A stretch of 64,000 nt of DNA. It comes from Chiloscyllium plagiosum. Its lineage: Eukaryota. The translations under genes were made by a program, and so were the position numbers. Shown one piece after another: positions 49,725-60,984 of this stretch. Positions within the stretch are counted from its first letter, which is position 1, and every line of letters starts with the position of its first letter. The stretch covers positions 62,184,850 through 62,248,849 of the forward strand of contig NC_057726.1 of NCBI RefSeq assembly GCF_004010195.1, read 5' to 3'. Under the pieces are notes generated by a model. That model was not told the DNA's origin. It worked only from the letters and a program-made list of their open reading frames with translations, and searched no databases.

Positions 49725-50090
49725 AATCATAAAGTCATTCGAGTCATACAGCTCGGAAACAGACACTTCAGTCCAATCAGTCCATGCCGAACATAACTCT
49801 AAACTGAACTAGTCCCTCCTGCTTACTCCTCGTCCATGTATCTCTAAAATATTCTTAATCATGTATTTATCCAAATGTTTTCTAAACGTTGTAACTGTAC
49901 CCACAATCCACCACTTCCTAAAGAAGTTCATTCCACACACTCAACCATGCTCTGTGTAAACAAAAACTTGCCCTCCATGTACTTTTTAAATCTCCCTCCT
50001 CTCACCTTAAAAATGTACCTCCTAGTTTTGAAATCCCCCATCCTAGAGAAAAGACACCTGTCATTAACGCTATCCATATCCCTCATTATT
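49725..50090 (-). mobile_element. CR1 3' fragment
   Basis: IMRDMDSVN..FKVRGGRFK..FTQSMV. Confidence 0.8.
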
Positions 50091-50684
50091 TTGTTTTTGT
50101 TTCTGACAGTGTTCGGAACTCCAGCTCCTGCAACAAGAAATAATTGTTGCCACATCACCTCAGAGCCATAGACCATTGTGAACTGGCAACAGACTGGTTT
50201 TAAAGTGAATGTGTTTGAACAGCTATTCAGGACTGGCTACAAAGCACAATTTTTGAAATGCAGTTACACAGAAAGCTGAACGAATTTCTCATTTGAGTCT
50301 GAAGTATTCTTGTGTTTTGAAAAGCAGAATGTGTTGCTTTTTAAAACATTCAGATGACTTTGAAGAGAGGAAGTTCTCAATGCAATAGAACTCTCTATAC
50401 CAGTGGTAGATTTGTACAGCTTTCCCACAAAATTGTATTATACAACGTCGATGTAATACACAAATTGCTGTGCCACTGCCAGAAGTTACTACGTAAAAAA
50501 ATCACTTGTTTATAAAACATATTTGAATGTCTTGGAATCCGGAAAGGCACGATTGAAAGCTCGGTTTTTTTTAATTAGACTCCTGCGTAAGTTTCCCTTT
50601 TTTGTCTTTAACAAAAGGGCAAAGATTCTTACTATCCTGTTATATTAGTAAATGGTCATAAATGACAAAAAAAAACTTAATGAA

Positions 50685-50990
50685 GATTAGATTACCTATA
50701 GTGTGCAAACAAGCCCTTTGGCAAAACAAGTCCACGCCGACCCTCCAAAGAGTAACCCACCCGCTCTGACTAATGCACCTGACACTATGGACAATTTAGC
50801 ATGGCCAATTCACGTGACTTGCACGTTTTGAGAACGTGGGAGGAAACGGGAGCACCCAAAGGAAACCCAGACAGATACGGGGAGAATGTGAAAACTCCAC
50901 ACAGATAGTCACCCAAGGCTGCAACTGAACCCGGAAGCGTGGCACTGTGAGGCAAAAGTGCTGAACACTGAGCCACTGTGCGGCCCCATG
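50685..50990 (-). mobile_element. HE1 SINE
   Basis: Reverse complement of the HE1 copy at 40490-40805. Confidence 0.85.
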
Positions 50991-51009
50991 CAGCTAAGGC
51001 TGATTGGGG

Positions 51010-51400
51010 TGGTAGGTCCACTGCTTTTTGTCATTTACATAAATGATTTGTATGTGAACATAGGAGGCATAGTTAGTGGGTTTGCAGATGGCACCAAAAT
51101 TTGTGGTGCGTTGGAGAGCTAAGAAGGTTATCTCAAATGATCAGGTGGGGCTGATGGGCCAAGGAGTGGTAGATGGTGTTTAATTTAGATAAAAGTGAGG
51201 TGCTGCAATTTGGAAATACAAATCAGGGCAGGACGTATGTACTTAATGGTAAGGTCCTGAAGAATGTTACTGAACAAAGAGACCTTAGAGTGCAGTTTCA
51301 TAGTTCTTTGAAAGTGGAGTTGCAGGAATACAGATTAGTGAAGCAGGTGTTTGGCATGCTTGCCTTTACTGGTCAGTGCACTGAGTATAGGAGCTGGTAG
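51010..51400 (+). mobile_element. CR1 RT fragment
   Basis: YINDL, FADGTK, EQRDLRVQ. Confidence 0.85.
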
Positions 51401-51444
51401 GTTGGAACATGGCTCCAAATCATATGTCCTTTATACAATTAGCA

Positions 51445-51835
51445 ACAAGTCCTGCCTAGCCGAAGTTAATCAGAATGGAATTGATCATGCTGTGAGTTAT
51501 GGCCTGAAAGAGTTGATAAACATCAGCTTTTGGCCATGGAGGCACGAATGAGAAAATGTTTGAAATTATCCTGATTCCACTGGGAATGGAAGGCCCTCAA
51601 GGCATTGGAGAGAGATTGAGAAACCAAGGGTCATCCTGTAACTTAAGCTGGACCGAAATACAATAGCTGAATAATACCCTTAAATTCACTGCCCTGATTT
51701 GATATGTATTATTTATAATATAAATTACATTTCCTGTTTACTGAACAAGACTGTCTCCTGTTGCCTAATTGGTTACAATCTCAAATGAACGAATTAATAT
51801 TGAGTATAAGACCCCTAAAGTGTGTAAAACTGTAC
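51445..51835 (+). repeat. Diverged repeat shared with 26830-27185
   Basis: Same colinear blocks as the partner copy, same orientation. Confidence 0.7.
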
Positions 51836-52594
51836 ATCCTGATATTATAAAGACAGAATGGGAACATCTGGTTTGTGCAACGAATCATATTGCCAGGCCA
51901 ACAGCAGTATCAAGGTGGGGAAGGCTAAACTTTGTGGGCTTTTTGAGAACCAGCCAGTGACTCAGACAATATATATTTGAAGTGAGAGGAGACAAGGGTA
52001 TAGCAAAGGAGTATGAACATGCTTACAGAAAGTTTGGATGCAGGGTACTGAGTTCTGTTTAAAGAAAAATGCTGTGTTTATCCATAGATGTTTGGATTAG
52101 ATCAAGTTAAAAGCTGATAAGTTATTGAGTCTTTTGGCTTATGGAGCATACCATCATGCTCAGAAAGCTTATGACTTTGGGAAAAAGAATCAGGAAGAGA
52201 TGGAGAACTTGAAAAACAATTGCAGAAAGAATGAGAGATAAATGGTTTAAAGAGGCTGATTCATACTTTATCATTATGAGCAAAATAATCAGTTGCTATA
52301 ATGCAATAACAGAGTGATTCCAGCTTGCATGTTGAAACTGTTTTGGTTGAGATGTAGCAACTTAAAACTTGCTGAGCACAACAAGACAGATGAGAGTCTC
52401 CCAAAGGAGCCAAATGGTATCACAGTAAAATAAGCTCACAGAGAAATGTATTATTTGTGTTTGAATTTAGGATGTTGGATTAATGGGAAATGTTGCAGTC
52501 AACAGGAATTTGTTACAGCCAAGACGAAGGAAGGCAACGTCCTATATCACAATAAGCATATTTTTAGTTGATGTTTCTGATTACAAATATAATT

Positions 52595-53700
52595 ATTTCT
52601 GTACCTCTCACACCAACTATGGGAGTCATCCAGCATTCCCTGTACCTATCAGCCTTTCCTTTCACCGGAATAGGAATATACATTCTCTGGATCCTCGTTA
52701 TCTCGTTTTTGAAGGCTTCCCAATTTCCAGCCATCCCTTTACCTGCTTGTTAATAATCAGATTAGATTAAAGATGAGATTACAGTGTGGAAACAGGCCCT
52801 TCGGCCCAACAAGTCCACACCGCCCCGCCGAAGCGCAACCCACCCATACCCCTACATTTACTCCTTACCTAACACTATGGGCAATTTAGCATGGCCAATT
52901 CACCTAACCTGCACATCTTTGGACTGTGGGAGGAAACCGGAGTACCCGGAGGAAACCCACGCAGACACGTGCAAACTCCACACAATCTCCACAATGAGGC
53001 GGGAATTGAACCCGGGTCTGCGGCGCTATGAGGCAGCAGTGCTAACCACTGTGCCACCCACAAATCTAATCTAATCTAATCTAATCAGTTTTTGAAAGTT
53101 CTTGCCTAACACCGTCAAAATTGGCCTTTCTACAGTTTAGAACTTCAACTTTTAGATCTGGTCTATCCTTTTCCATCACTATTTTAAATCTAATAGAATT
53201 ATAGTGGCTTGATCCAAAGTGCTCCCCCACTGGCAACTCAGTCACCTGCCCTTCCTTATTTCCTAAGAGTAGGTCAAGTTTTGCACACTCTCTAGTAGGT
53301 ACACCGACATACTGAATGTGAAAATTTTCTTCTACACACTTAACAAATTCCTCTCCATCTAAACCCTTAACACTATGGTCGTCCCCTACCATAACTACCC
53401 TGTTATTCATACAGATGGCTGAGCTCTCCTTACAAGTTTGTTTCTCAATTTCCCTCTGACTATTAGGGGATCTATAATACAATCCCAATAAGGTGATCCT
53501 CCCTTTCTTATTTCTCAGTTCCACACAAATTACTTCCCTGGATGCATTTCCAGGAGTATCCTCCCACAACATAACTGTAATGCTATCCCTTATCAAAAAC
53601 GCTAACCACCACCCCTCCTCTCTTGCCTCCCTTTCTATCTTACCTGTAGCATTTGTAACCTGGAACATTAAGCTACCAGTCCTGCCCATCCCTGAGCCAT
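52595..53700 (-). mobile_element. CR1 endonuclease-region fragment interrupted by a SINE
   Basis: GLYYRSPNSQRE, LDLLLGN, NCRKANFD on the minus strand. Confidence 0.9.
52760..53062 (-). mobile_element. HE1 SINE, young
   Basis: Near-identical in reverse to 56005-56312. Confidence 0.92.
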
Positions 53701-54384
53701 GTTAATAAGACCTGTAAAACCTTTATCCATGCACTCCAATTTGATTTACTAATTTCCTCTCTGGCACCTTATCAAAGGTCTTCTGAAACTCCAAAAACAC
53801 CATATCCAGTTGTTGTCCTTCATGCATGCCACTATACAATCCTCAAAACACTTCAACAGCTTTCTCAAACATGATATCCCTATCATCATTCCATTGTGAC
53901 AATGTTCTATATTATTTTCTAAGTATCCAGAGATGACAAACAAATATATTAAATAGGAGAAGAAATAGACCATTCAGTTCTTTTGAATCATTAAATATTC
54001 AGTTTGTGTTTCAAATTCCGCATTCTGAATTACTCCCATTTCCCTTTAATTCTTCTGGCTAAAATCAATCCATCTATTTCTGTGTTAAGAATAGTCACTG
54101 AGCTCACCTCCACTACCTTCTGGTGATATGAAATTCCACAAATTTCTGAGACAAAGAAATTCCCTCATCTCTAGTTTGAAAAATAACCCCCAATTTTAAA
54201 GCAACATCCCTCGTTTTGGATTCTCTCACAAGAGGAAACATCCCCTTCATATTCAACTTATCAAGAAAATGTGTGATCTATCCACCAAATGATGTCTTCA
54301 GGGTCTCCTCTATCCACAGCATGCATTACTCCTTCAAAGAATTCTGGCAAACTAATTACTCATGAGTTCTCTTTGATATAACCA

Positions 54385-55150
54385 TTCTGACTCTTCCTGA
54401 TGGCCAAGAATTTCTGTTCACAACTGTAGCAGATGGTCATTGGCCTTATATGTCACCAAAGTATCTTGATGTGTGAAAAGGGGAATTAGAACAATGCTGC
54501 ATAATGACACCAGCAAATTCAAGCACACTTTTCCATACTTCAGACAAAGGAAGTTTCCAAGCTGGAGGTTGTTAGGAACGTTTAACTATCATATATTTTT
54601 GAGACAAGCTGCAAAAAAGGTTAAACCAGTACTGAAGCATCATTTTGAGTTTGCCATCATCCGGAAAAACAGAAGAAATTTAAAAATTAATGCCTGTTTC
54701 ACTGACTCTTTAGTCAAAGAGGTTTAGAATAAATAATAATAATGGCAACCTACAGCATGTCACTTGGTGTTTCCGCAATAGCAAGACAAGTGGAATATTT
54801 GTCCAAAGACATCAATCTGCAACTACAGAAGGACCTGAAGGACTGTAAATGCTTCACATTACAATTCCATGAATTCATCATTATGACGAACTTATATCAA
54901 CTCATCGCTTTTTTTGCACATGGTTTTTAAAGACATAACAAGTAAAGACGATATTCTCAATATTTTGCCCAATGGAGAGAGAATAAGGAATGAGAATATG
55001 GATAACAAATTCAGAAAGTACAAGCTTGAGAAAATCATTCCAATCAATAACCCTGTTTCCATCCCAACTGATGGTGCACCATCCAAGTTTGGCACTTGTT
55101 GGATTTTGCAGATTTGTTCTTGATTTTGCCTCTTTTGTTAATTGTAACTG
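54385..55150 (+). mobile_element. hAT (Charlie/Buster, GTF2IRD2-like) transposase remnant
   Basis: IARQVEYLSKDINLQL..CFTLQFHE..QLIAF..ILNILP..VSIPTDGAPSKFG; frameshifted. Confidence 0.75.
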
Positions 55151-55159
55151 TGTATCAAA

Positions 55160-55375
55160 TTAGGGGGTCAATTCAGCTCAGGTCGCTGGTTTGCATTGCA
55201 GAGTGATGCCAACAGTCTGAATTCAATCCCTGCACTGGCTGAGGTTACCAGGAAGGATTCTCCTCCACAACCTTACCCTTGGCCCAAAGTGTGATGATCC
55301 TCAGGTAAAATAAACACTACACATCTCTCTATAAGGAAGGAGAAGCCCTCTGGACTGATAGGAATACAATGATTT
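55160..55375 (+). mobile_element. Other tRNA-derived SINE-like repeat, decayed
   Basis: agctcag A-box-like and ttcaatccc B-box-like motifs. Confidence 0.45.
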
Positions 55376-55579
55376 CTGTATATCACATTCAACTTAATGT
55401 GAAATTCTTTCATATATTATGGCCACTATTTCTCAAAGGCCAGGTGATTAATTGAATGCATAATACTCAATCCAAAATAGGCCAAATCCGCATTAGGTCT
55501 TTAAGGGAGAAGAATATAAAAACCATTTTGTTAACACAGTTTTGAACATGGGAGGTCATTTCTCACTAATTTGATTTAC

Positions 55580-55945
55580 CTTTATGAAAAAAAGACAGAT
55601 GAGGGCGGAGTGATGGTGGTTGTGTATAGGGCTCTTCAGCAAGGCATTTAACATGGTTCCTCATAGTACACTAGTTAGCAAGATTACTTCACATGGAACC
55701 CAGGGAGAGCTAGCCATGTGAATACACAATTGGCTTGAAGATAGAAGACAAAGGGTCATGGTGGAGAATTGTTTTTCAGACTGGAGGCCTGCGAGCAGTT
55801 GTGTGCTGCAATGATTTGCGTTGGGTCCACTGTATTTTATTATTTACATAAATGATTTGGATGTGAATATAAAGTAATGATCAGTAAGTTTGCAGATGAC
55901 ACCGAAATTACAGGTATAGTGGACAGTGAAAAAGGTTATAGTGGA
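55580..55945 (+). mobile_element. CR1 RT fragment
   Basis: SKAFNMVPH, YINDLD, SKFADDT. Confidence 0.85.
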
Positions 55946-56004
55946 CAATGAAGAAGATTATCTCCTTTCTGAAAGATTTTGAACTGCTAGGAGCAAAATC
56001 AGAA

Positions 56005-56312
56005 AGCACGGTGGTTAGCACTGCTGCCTCACAGCGCCTGAGACCCGGGTTCAATTCCCGCCTCAGGCGACTGACTGTGTGGAGTTTGCACATTCTCCCC
56101 ATGTCTGTGTGGGTTTCCTCCGGGTGCTCCGGTTTCCTCCCACAGTCCAAAAGATGTGCAGGTCAGGTGAACTGGCCATGCTAAATTGCCCGTAGTGTTA
56201 GGTAAGGGGTAAATGTAGGGGTATGGGTGGGTTACGCTTCGGCGGGTCGGTGTGGACTTGTTGGGCCGAAGGGCCTGTTTCCACACTGTAATGTAATCTA
56301 ATCTAATCTAAA
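56005..56312 (+). mobile_element. HE1 SINE, young
   Basis: A/B boxes, core, (TCTAA)n tail. Confidence 0.93.
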
Positions 56313-56666
56313 AACGTCCATATAATATTAACAAAACTAAACAACTGTGAATGTTGGAATTTAGAAACAAAAACAGAATTTTTTGGAAAAATCAGCGATT
56401 TACCTGCACTTCACTCAATCTAGTCAATTGTATTCATTGCTCACAATGTCTAACAATGAGGCATATTGGTGGCATATAGATAACTCCCATCCATGACTTC
56501 ATTGCCATGCTCTTTGTTGTTACCATTCAAACTGAATCCACTTCAGGATGCATTTCATTGGAAATCTCACCAGTCACTATCACTCTGATATTTGCCTTTA
56601 TTAAAACTGCCTCATCTTCTTTTCTAATTTGTCTATTCTTCGAGAACATTGAATAGCCTTGAATTT

Positions 56667-58530
56667 AAAAACACACAACACCAGATTATAATCCAATAGG
56701 TTTATCTGCTCCTTCATCTGGCAGTTTTGGAGAAGGACCATAAGACTCAGAAAACATGGCAAAAGGTTACAGTGTAATGCAACTGAAATGACATCTTGAA
56801 CACACTTAGATTGCTGTTAATTCTTTCAACTTTTAGAATGGGTTGCAGGTTTCGGTTCATTAGCATGTAACTCCCAGAACGTCATGTAGGTTAAATTCAC
56901 GAAATAACTTAAGGTTTTATTTTTAAAAAGGTGATATCTCAGCTCAGACAATGCATTAAAAGTGTAACTTTAGAGTCTGTCTGTATCCTAATGTTGAGTC
57001 AGATTAGTTCTAGCGTATGAGATAGACTACATTGGCCAAGTCACAAGAGTGCCTGCTGCATACATGGCAGATGGTGTCCCACATGTAATGGCAGTATCTG
57101 TGTCGATATTCTGACACTTTGGCAGTGGTTGCCATGACAGAGTAGTACGGTGTTGTGGCCGATGTTGTTCGGAAAACTGGGCAGTTTGCTACGCACAATG
57201 ATCTGCTTAAAGTTTGGGGATTATTTAAGGTGTGAAGTGGAGACAAAAGGGAAGGTTTTGGCGAGGTGCTCATCCTCATCAATAATGTTTTGCAGGCTGT
57301 GAAGAACATGGTGTAGTTTTTTCCCTTCTGGGAAGTATTAGACAATGAAGGGTACCCTGTCAGTTGCATCCTATGTCTGTCTCTTGAGGAGGTCATTACA
57401 GTTTCTCACTGTGGCACGTCAGAACTAGCGATCAATGAGTTGAGCATCTGTTCTTATGAGGGTACCCTTGAGCACCTTCAGGTATCTGCCATGCTTCTCC
57501 TCATCTGAGCAGATCCTGTGTACCCGTAGGGCTTGTCCATAGAGGATGAATGATTGAATATGTTTAGGGTGGAAGCTAGGAAAGTGTAACATCGTGAGGC
57601 TATCCATGAGTTTGCAGTAGAATGAGATGCTGAGGTGCCCATCTTTGATGGAGATGCATGTATCCAAGAATGAAACACATACTGAAGAGTAGTCCATGGT
57701 AATTCTGATGGTGGGATGAAACTCGTTGATATCACTGTGTAGTTGTTTCTGTGATACCTTGCCATGAGTCCAGAGGAAGACAATGTCATTATCATATCTC
57801 TCATTGGGAACCAGTCTGACTATGTCAAAGGAAACTTGAAATCCATTGGGCAGGGGACTCCAGCTTCAATTGCAACACTACAGATTTGTAACAGAAACTC
57901 AGCACCCACAGACTAGTCGAACCGGGAGCTTTGTGAGAGTGTGTCACATGCACACAGTCACTTCTCTCTCTCTCCCTCTCTCTCTCTCTCTAAAGCTCGC
58001 TCATGCACGTGCACACACATATAATTCTACATGGTGAAGTTGCATTTGCAAAATTATATTTGCAGATACTTTCCATTTTGCTCAAATAATGCACAAATTG
58101 CATACAGTCAATGGAGGCAGTCAATCTAGACCATACTTTGGAAATTGAACCAGTCTGATTCATGATTGGGATACAGACAGATCTTTATACCTTTAATGAA
58201 TCGTCTGAGTTGAGATATCACCTTTAAAAAAATAATTTAAGATATCTCGAGAATTTAACTTAAAAGAAGTTCTGGGATTTACATATATATGAACTGAAAA
58301 CTGAAACCATTCTAAAAGATGAAAGACTTAAATACAGTCTGGATTTGTTCAAGATATCATTTTATTGCATTACAATGCAACCTTCAGTTATACATTCTGA
58401 GTTTTATGGTCTTGCTCCACAATTACCGGATGAAGGAGCTTCCAAATATTGGTAAACCTGTTGGATATAACCTGGTGTTGCGTGATTTTTAACTTTGTCC
58501 ACACCAGTCCAATACTGGCTTCTCCACATC
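56667..58530. mobile_element. Penelope-like element with inverted pseudo-LTRs and 14-bp TSD
   Basis: ATAGCCTTGAATTT at 56653-56666 and 58531-58544; minus-strand RT (SFLD..HPKH..YGQALRVHRICS) at 57425-57800. Confidence 0.88.
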
Positions 58531-59034
58531 ATAGCCTTGAATTTGGATTTGTCAAACTTGGACACACTGCAAGCACGTCCCTGTCATGACTATCAGCTCA
58601 TTTTCTGCTTTCAACTTTTTTCTCTTGTTAGTTTAGTTTTATATTAACCTGCCTGACTATCAGATTCATCAGCTATTGTAATGTCCTCGCCAGAACTAAA
58701 TCAGCTACTCATGTGTGAGTTCAAATTGGAATATGACTTCAAGTTGAAGGTCCATTATCTGCTTCCATTCTATTTGACTTTACTGAGGCATGTTGTGTGT
58801 TTTGTTGTCCTGTATCATTAATTTCTTGGTCAAATTTTTCTTCCTTTTTTCAAGCTATCTGAAAATTTTCTTTTTCTAGGATTTTTTTTTATTGTGGTCA
58901 TGAAGCTGCTGTCAACTGATAATATTTCTTAAATTATCCCAGTTGGCCAGATTACAGCATTCATCTCCATCTGCTGGATATCCTTTGCAATTGTGATTTT
59001 TTTTTTGGAGCTACAACAAATGGTCAATATGTCA

Positions 59035-60145
59035 GACAGTCATAGACATGTACAGCACAAAAAACATATTTCATTCCAACTCATCCATACTGCCTAGGTA
59101 TCGTAAATTAATCTATTTCTATTTGCCAACGTTTGGCAAGTTCCTCCAAATCCATCCAATTCAATTATCTATCTAGATGCCTTTTAAATGTTGTAATGGT
59201 ACCAGACTCCGCCACTTGCTCTGGCATCTCATTCCAGATATGCATTACCCTCCGCATGAAAAATCTGCCCCTTAGGTCCCTTTTAAATATTTCCCCTCTC
59301 CCCTTAAACCTATGACTAACAGTTTTAAACTCCCCTACCTAGTGGAAAGGACCTTCACTATTCACCCTATCCAAGCTCCTCATGATTTTCCAAACTTCTA
59401 CAAGGGAATCCCTCAGCCTCCAACGTCCCAGAGAAAGCAATCCCAGTCTATTCGACTTTTTCTTATAGCTCAAGCCCTCCAACCCTGGCAACAACCTTGT
59501 AAATCTTTTCTGAACAATATCACGTTTAACAAAGCTTTTCCTACAACATGGAGACCAGAACTCAATATAGTGCTCAAGTATGCCAAACTAATGTCCCATA
59601 CCTTCCAATTCCTATACTCAATGAACTGACCAATAAATGCATGTGCACAAAACGCCTTCTTCACTACCCTGTCTACCTGTGACTAAACTTTCAAGGAGCT
59701 ACGAATCTGTGCTCCAAGGTCACTTTTTTAGAGAATATTCTGCCAGGGCCTTACCATTAAGTATTTAAATCCTGCCCTGATTTGCCATGACAAAAGATCG
59801 TAGCTCACATTTATCAAGATTAAACTCCATCTGCCACACATCAGCTCATCGAGCCAGCTGATTAAGACCTCTTTGTACTCTAAAGTAACCTCTTGGCTGT
59901 CCACTACACCATCAATTTTGGTGTAATCTTCAAATTTACTAACTATGCCTCCTATATTCATATCCAAATCGTTTATAGGGATGCAGAAAAGCACTGGACC
60001 CAACACAAATCACTGTGGCACAACGCTGGTCGCAGGCCTCCAGTCTGAAATGAAAGCCTTCACCAGCACCATCTGTCTCCTACCTTCCAGCCTATTTTGT
60101 GTCCAAATGGCTAGTTCTTCCTGTATTCCATGTGTTATCACCTTG
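59035..60145 (-). mobile_element. CR1 RT/3' fragment
   Basis: SVVPQ, INDLD, SKFEDYTKI, and 3'UTR. Confidence 0.9.
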
Positions 60146-60149
60146 TTAT

Positions 60150-60905
60150 TCAAGGTTGGCATGAAGATTTGTAGCTCAGGTGGTTGTGGGTATGTTGACA
60201 GAGCTGGGAAGTTGGCTTGCAAATGTTTAATCCCCTGTCTCTCTGACATCTTCACTGCTTTGGAGCCTCCTGTGAAACACTGCTATATTGTGTCTTCCGG
60301 AATTTATTTGATTCCACTCCTGCTGCTTCCGGTTGCTGGTTCCTAGCGTTTGTTGACGTGGCCGGTTTATTTTGTCTGGAACTACGTGTTTTTTGATGGT
60401 GTCTTTGAATGAGTGCCATGATTCTAGAAATTCTCTGGTTGTCCTCTACTTGGCTTGTCCTATGGTCATTGTGTTGTCCCAGTCGAAGGGGCAGTACTTG
60501 TCAACTGTGTGCATGGCTCCGAGGGACAGATGGTCATAGCATTTCGTGGCTAGTTGGTGTTCGTGGATGTGGATTGCTAGCTGTCTGCCTGTTTGTGTTA
60601 GATAGTTCTTCATGCAATCGTTTCATGGAACGTTGTAAATTATGCTAGTCTTGTAGATGATGGGTATTGGGGTTTTTGTTCTGGTGAATTCCTGTCTGAC
60701 AGTGGCTGTTAGATTATATGCTGCCATGAATCCGAGTGGTAGGACAAGTCTGGCTGTTAGTTCCGTGACATTTTTTATATAAGGTAAGTGGCCAGTATAT
60801 TGTATCTTGGCATGTCCTTGTTGCATTGTTTGTCTGCTAACGGTCAGAATGTTTGCCTTCTGCCCCTTCATTTCTCTTGCAACTTCTAAATTGACATGCC
60901 AATGC
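60150..60905 (-). mobile_element. Penelope-like element of a second family
   Basis: LPYIKNVTELTARL...TKTPIP...SIIYNVP linker leading into the GIY-YIG region. Confidence 0.7.
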
Positions 60906-60984
60906 ATCCACATTCTTTCTTCCTATTCCAAAAGTAAAGTTGTTATAAACTTGAATATTCATTCACTGGATTTAATGAACAAGT

